Source: Microbacteriaceae bacterium (GTDB lineage: Bacteria; Actinomycetota; Actinomycetes; Actinomycetales; Microbacteriaceae). From it: a stretch of 43,226 nucleotides of DNA. The DNA lies in assembly GCA_003454135.1 (NCBI GenBank), contig DMKW01000089.1, forward strand, positions 8,247 to 51,472. The letters are read 5' to 3'. Within the stretch, counting starts at the first letter, position 1. Each line of letters starts with the position of its first letter. Below are positions 41,475 through 43,226 of the stretch, piece by piece. The notes under the pieces are model-generated. The model worked only from the letters and a program-made list of their open reading frames with translations, did not search any database and had not been told where the DNA came from. A program made the translations under genes and the position numbers.

Positions 41475-42299
41475 ATGACGGTGCTCGAGGAGGTGGGGCG
41501 TTTCTCGGCCCGATTCGGCCGGGACGTCGTCGTCGAGCGCACCGTGTGGCGTTACTACCGCCTGGGCGTTGGGCCGCCCATCTTCTGGCTGACCGGGGGC
41601 CTGCGCCGGGGCGCGCTCGGCTTCGCCTTCCTGGAACGGCTCGCCGCCCACCACACCGTCATCGCACCCGACTTCCCGCCCGTGCAGACGATCGACGAGT
41701 TCATCGTCGCCTTCGACGCCATCCTGCTCGCCGAGGGGATCGCATCCTTCGCCCTCTGCGGCCAGTCCTACGGCGGGCTGCTCGCGCAGGCGTACCTCGC
41801 GCACCGGCCAGAGGACGTCGACCGGCTCATCCTGTCCAGTTCCGGCCCCGCAGACTCCGGCAGGGCCTGGCTGCCAGCCGAGCACGCGCTGATCGCCCTG
41901 GCGCGCCTGCTGCCTGAGAAGACGGCCAAGAAGCTCCTGGTCGGCGGTGTGTTGAAGGCCATCACGCTGCCGGGCGCCACGCATGATGACTGGGCGCGCG
42001 CCATCACCGTTGTCGTGCAGGACGAGCTGACTCGTGCCGACGTGGTGTCGCACTTCGCCGTCGCCGCCGACTTGATCCGGAAGCGCAGCGTGGCTCCCGC
42101 CGCCTTCGCCGCCTGGCCCGGCCGGGTCTCCGTGCTCAGCGCCGAAAACGATCCGACGCAGGGGAAGAAGGATGTTCACCGCTACGAGAGGCTTTTCGGC
42201 CGGCCCGTCGAGGTGCTCAGCCTCGGGCTGATGGGGCACGCCGCCGCGCTGTTCGACCCTGACGGGTACGTCGACGTGCTCGAGCGCGCGCTGGCCTGA
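41475..42299 (+). CDS. Alpha/beta hydrolase
   Basis: Nucleophile elbow GQSYGG, acid ENDP, catalytic His in MGHAA. GGAGG SD before ATG 41475. Confidence 0.85.
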   Translation: MTVLEEVGRFSARFGRDVVVERTVWRYYRLGVGPPIFWLTGGLRRGALGFAFLERLAAHHTVIAPDFPPVQTIDEFIVAFDAILLAEGIASFALCGQSYGGLLAQAYLAHRPEDVDRLILSSSGPADSGRAWLPAEHALIALARLLPEKTAKKLLVGGVLKAITLPGATHDDWARAITVVVQDELTRADVVSHFAVAADLIRKRSVAPAAFAAWPGRVSVLSAENDPTQGKKDVHRYERLFGRPVEVLSLGLMGHAAALFDPDGYVDVLERALA

Positions 42300-42410
42300 T
42301 CCGTGGCGGTCGCGTCGCGGATGCCGGCGGCCTGTACGTTGTGAGGTGCACCGTGCCCCCGTTCGACGCCGATCCGGCGTGGAAGCTGTCGCCGGCGCGG
42401 GGGAGCACTC

Positions 42411-43226
42411 ATCACCAGTCACAAGCGCCGGTCGTCCACGCGGATCAGGGCCGGCCTGGCCGCCGTGCTGCTGCTGGCGCTCGCCGGATGCTCCGGACAG
42501 CCGAGCGGCGCCGTGCGCGGCACCGCCGCCGCTGCCGCCCCTCCGATCGCGGCGGCCGCACCGGCCGCTGTTCCACCGGCACCAGCCGCCGCACCGGCAG
42601 CCGCCGTCCACGCATCCGCGGCCCCGACGAACGTCCCGGCCGCCCAGGCCCTGGCCCTGCTCGCCACGCTCGCCAACAAGGGCAAATCCCCGAGCACCGG
42701 CTACGACCGCACAAGGAAGTTCGGCACCGCCTGGCTCGACGTCGACCACAACGGATGCGACACCCGCAACGACATCCTCGCCCGCGACCTCACCGGCGAG
42801 GTCACGGCCGGCCCGTGCAAGGTGCTCACCGGCGTGCTCGCCGACAAGTACACCGGCAAGATCATCCACTTCGTGCGCGGCAACACGACGTCGACCCTCG
42901 TGCAGATCGACCACCGCGTCGCGCTCCTGGCCGCCTGGGAGACCGGCGCGCAGAAGCTGTCGCAGGGGCAGCGCGAGGCTCTCGCCAACGACCCGCTGAA
43001 CCTGATCGCGGTGGACGGCCGCACCAATTCGGCCAAGGGTGCCGGCGACGCGGCCACCTGGCTGCCCCCGCAGAAGTCGTACCGGTGCGCCTATGTGACC
43101 AGCCAGATCCAGGTGAAGGCGAAGTACCGCCTCTGGGTTGCCCCGGCCGAACGTGCCGCCATGGTGCGCGTGCTCGGCAGCTGCACCGGCACGATCGCGG
43201 TCGTGCCGGTGAACCCGGTGAACCCG
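42411..43226 (+). CDS. Lipoprotein with HNH/DUF1524-type nuclease domain, partial at window edge
   Basis: Not in the ORF track. Frame reads ..IRAGLAAVLLLALAGC (lipobox), Ala/Pro linker, GYDR, NGCDTRNDILARDL, VQIDH, NDPLNL, NSAKG, WLPP..RCAYV. Apparent start is ATC 42411. Confidence 0.85.
   Translation, partial: MTSHKRRSSTRIRAGLAAVLLLALAGCSGQPSGAVRGTAAAAAPPIAAAAPAAVPPAPAAAPAAAVHASAAPTNVPAAQALALLATLANKGKSPSTGYDRTRKFGTAWLDVDHNGCDTRNDILARDLTGEVTAGPCKVLTGVLADKYTGKIIHFVRGNTTSTLVQIDHRVALLAAWETGAQKLSQGQREALANDPLNLIAVDGRTNSAKGAGDAATWLPPQKSYRCAYVTSQIQVKAKYRLWVAPAERAAMVRVLGSCTGTIAVVPVNPVNP

Noticed and set aside
42411..43226. DUF1524/HNH gene as part of a GmrSD restriction system
   Set aside because: It has a lipoprotein signal and no DUF262 partner, which fits the common secreted actinobacterial nuclease type.

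Overview
High-GC actinobacterial chromosomal window; gene content and arrangement suggest Microbacteriaceae (inference). Bases ~1-6600 are the edge of an accessory island. It holds a hipB-like 3' end with a truncated hipA start, a GIY-YIG/T5orf172-type nuclease gene, and a compact, visibly more AT-rich three-gene operon (TIGR04255-like protein, Xre-like HTH protein, 'SQTCD' protein with a PemK/MazF-like motif pattern). That operon is the best candidate for an undescribed toxin-antitoxin-chaperone-like or anti-phage system. The island closes with an intact IS21-family element that lacks a target duplication and abuts half of a REP-like palindrome. The rest looks like core genome: DUF305/DUF3105; cbs-metB-yjeH-like, preceded by a candidate leaderless Cys-containing leader peptide; LacI-araBDA-chvE-mmsAB arabinose cluster with visible operators; nrdHIEF with tandem NrdR boxes and DnaA boxes; small and secreted proteins; a thiamine cluster with two TPP riboswitches (ykoE, fused ykoD-ykoC, fused thiD-tenA, thiE, thiO-thiS-thiG-moeZ); VOC, USP, a secreted 'KEQ' protein, acyltransferase-3, an alpha/beta hydrolase; and a partial HNH/DUF1524 lipoprotein that appears to start at ATC. 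All family calls come from motif recognition by eye; no database searches were run.
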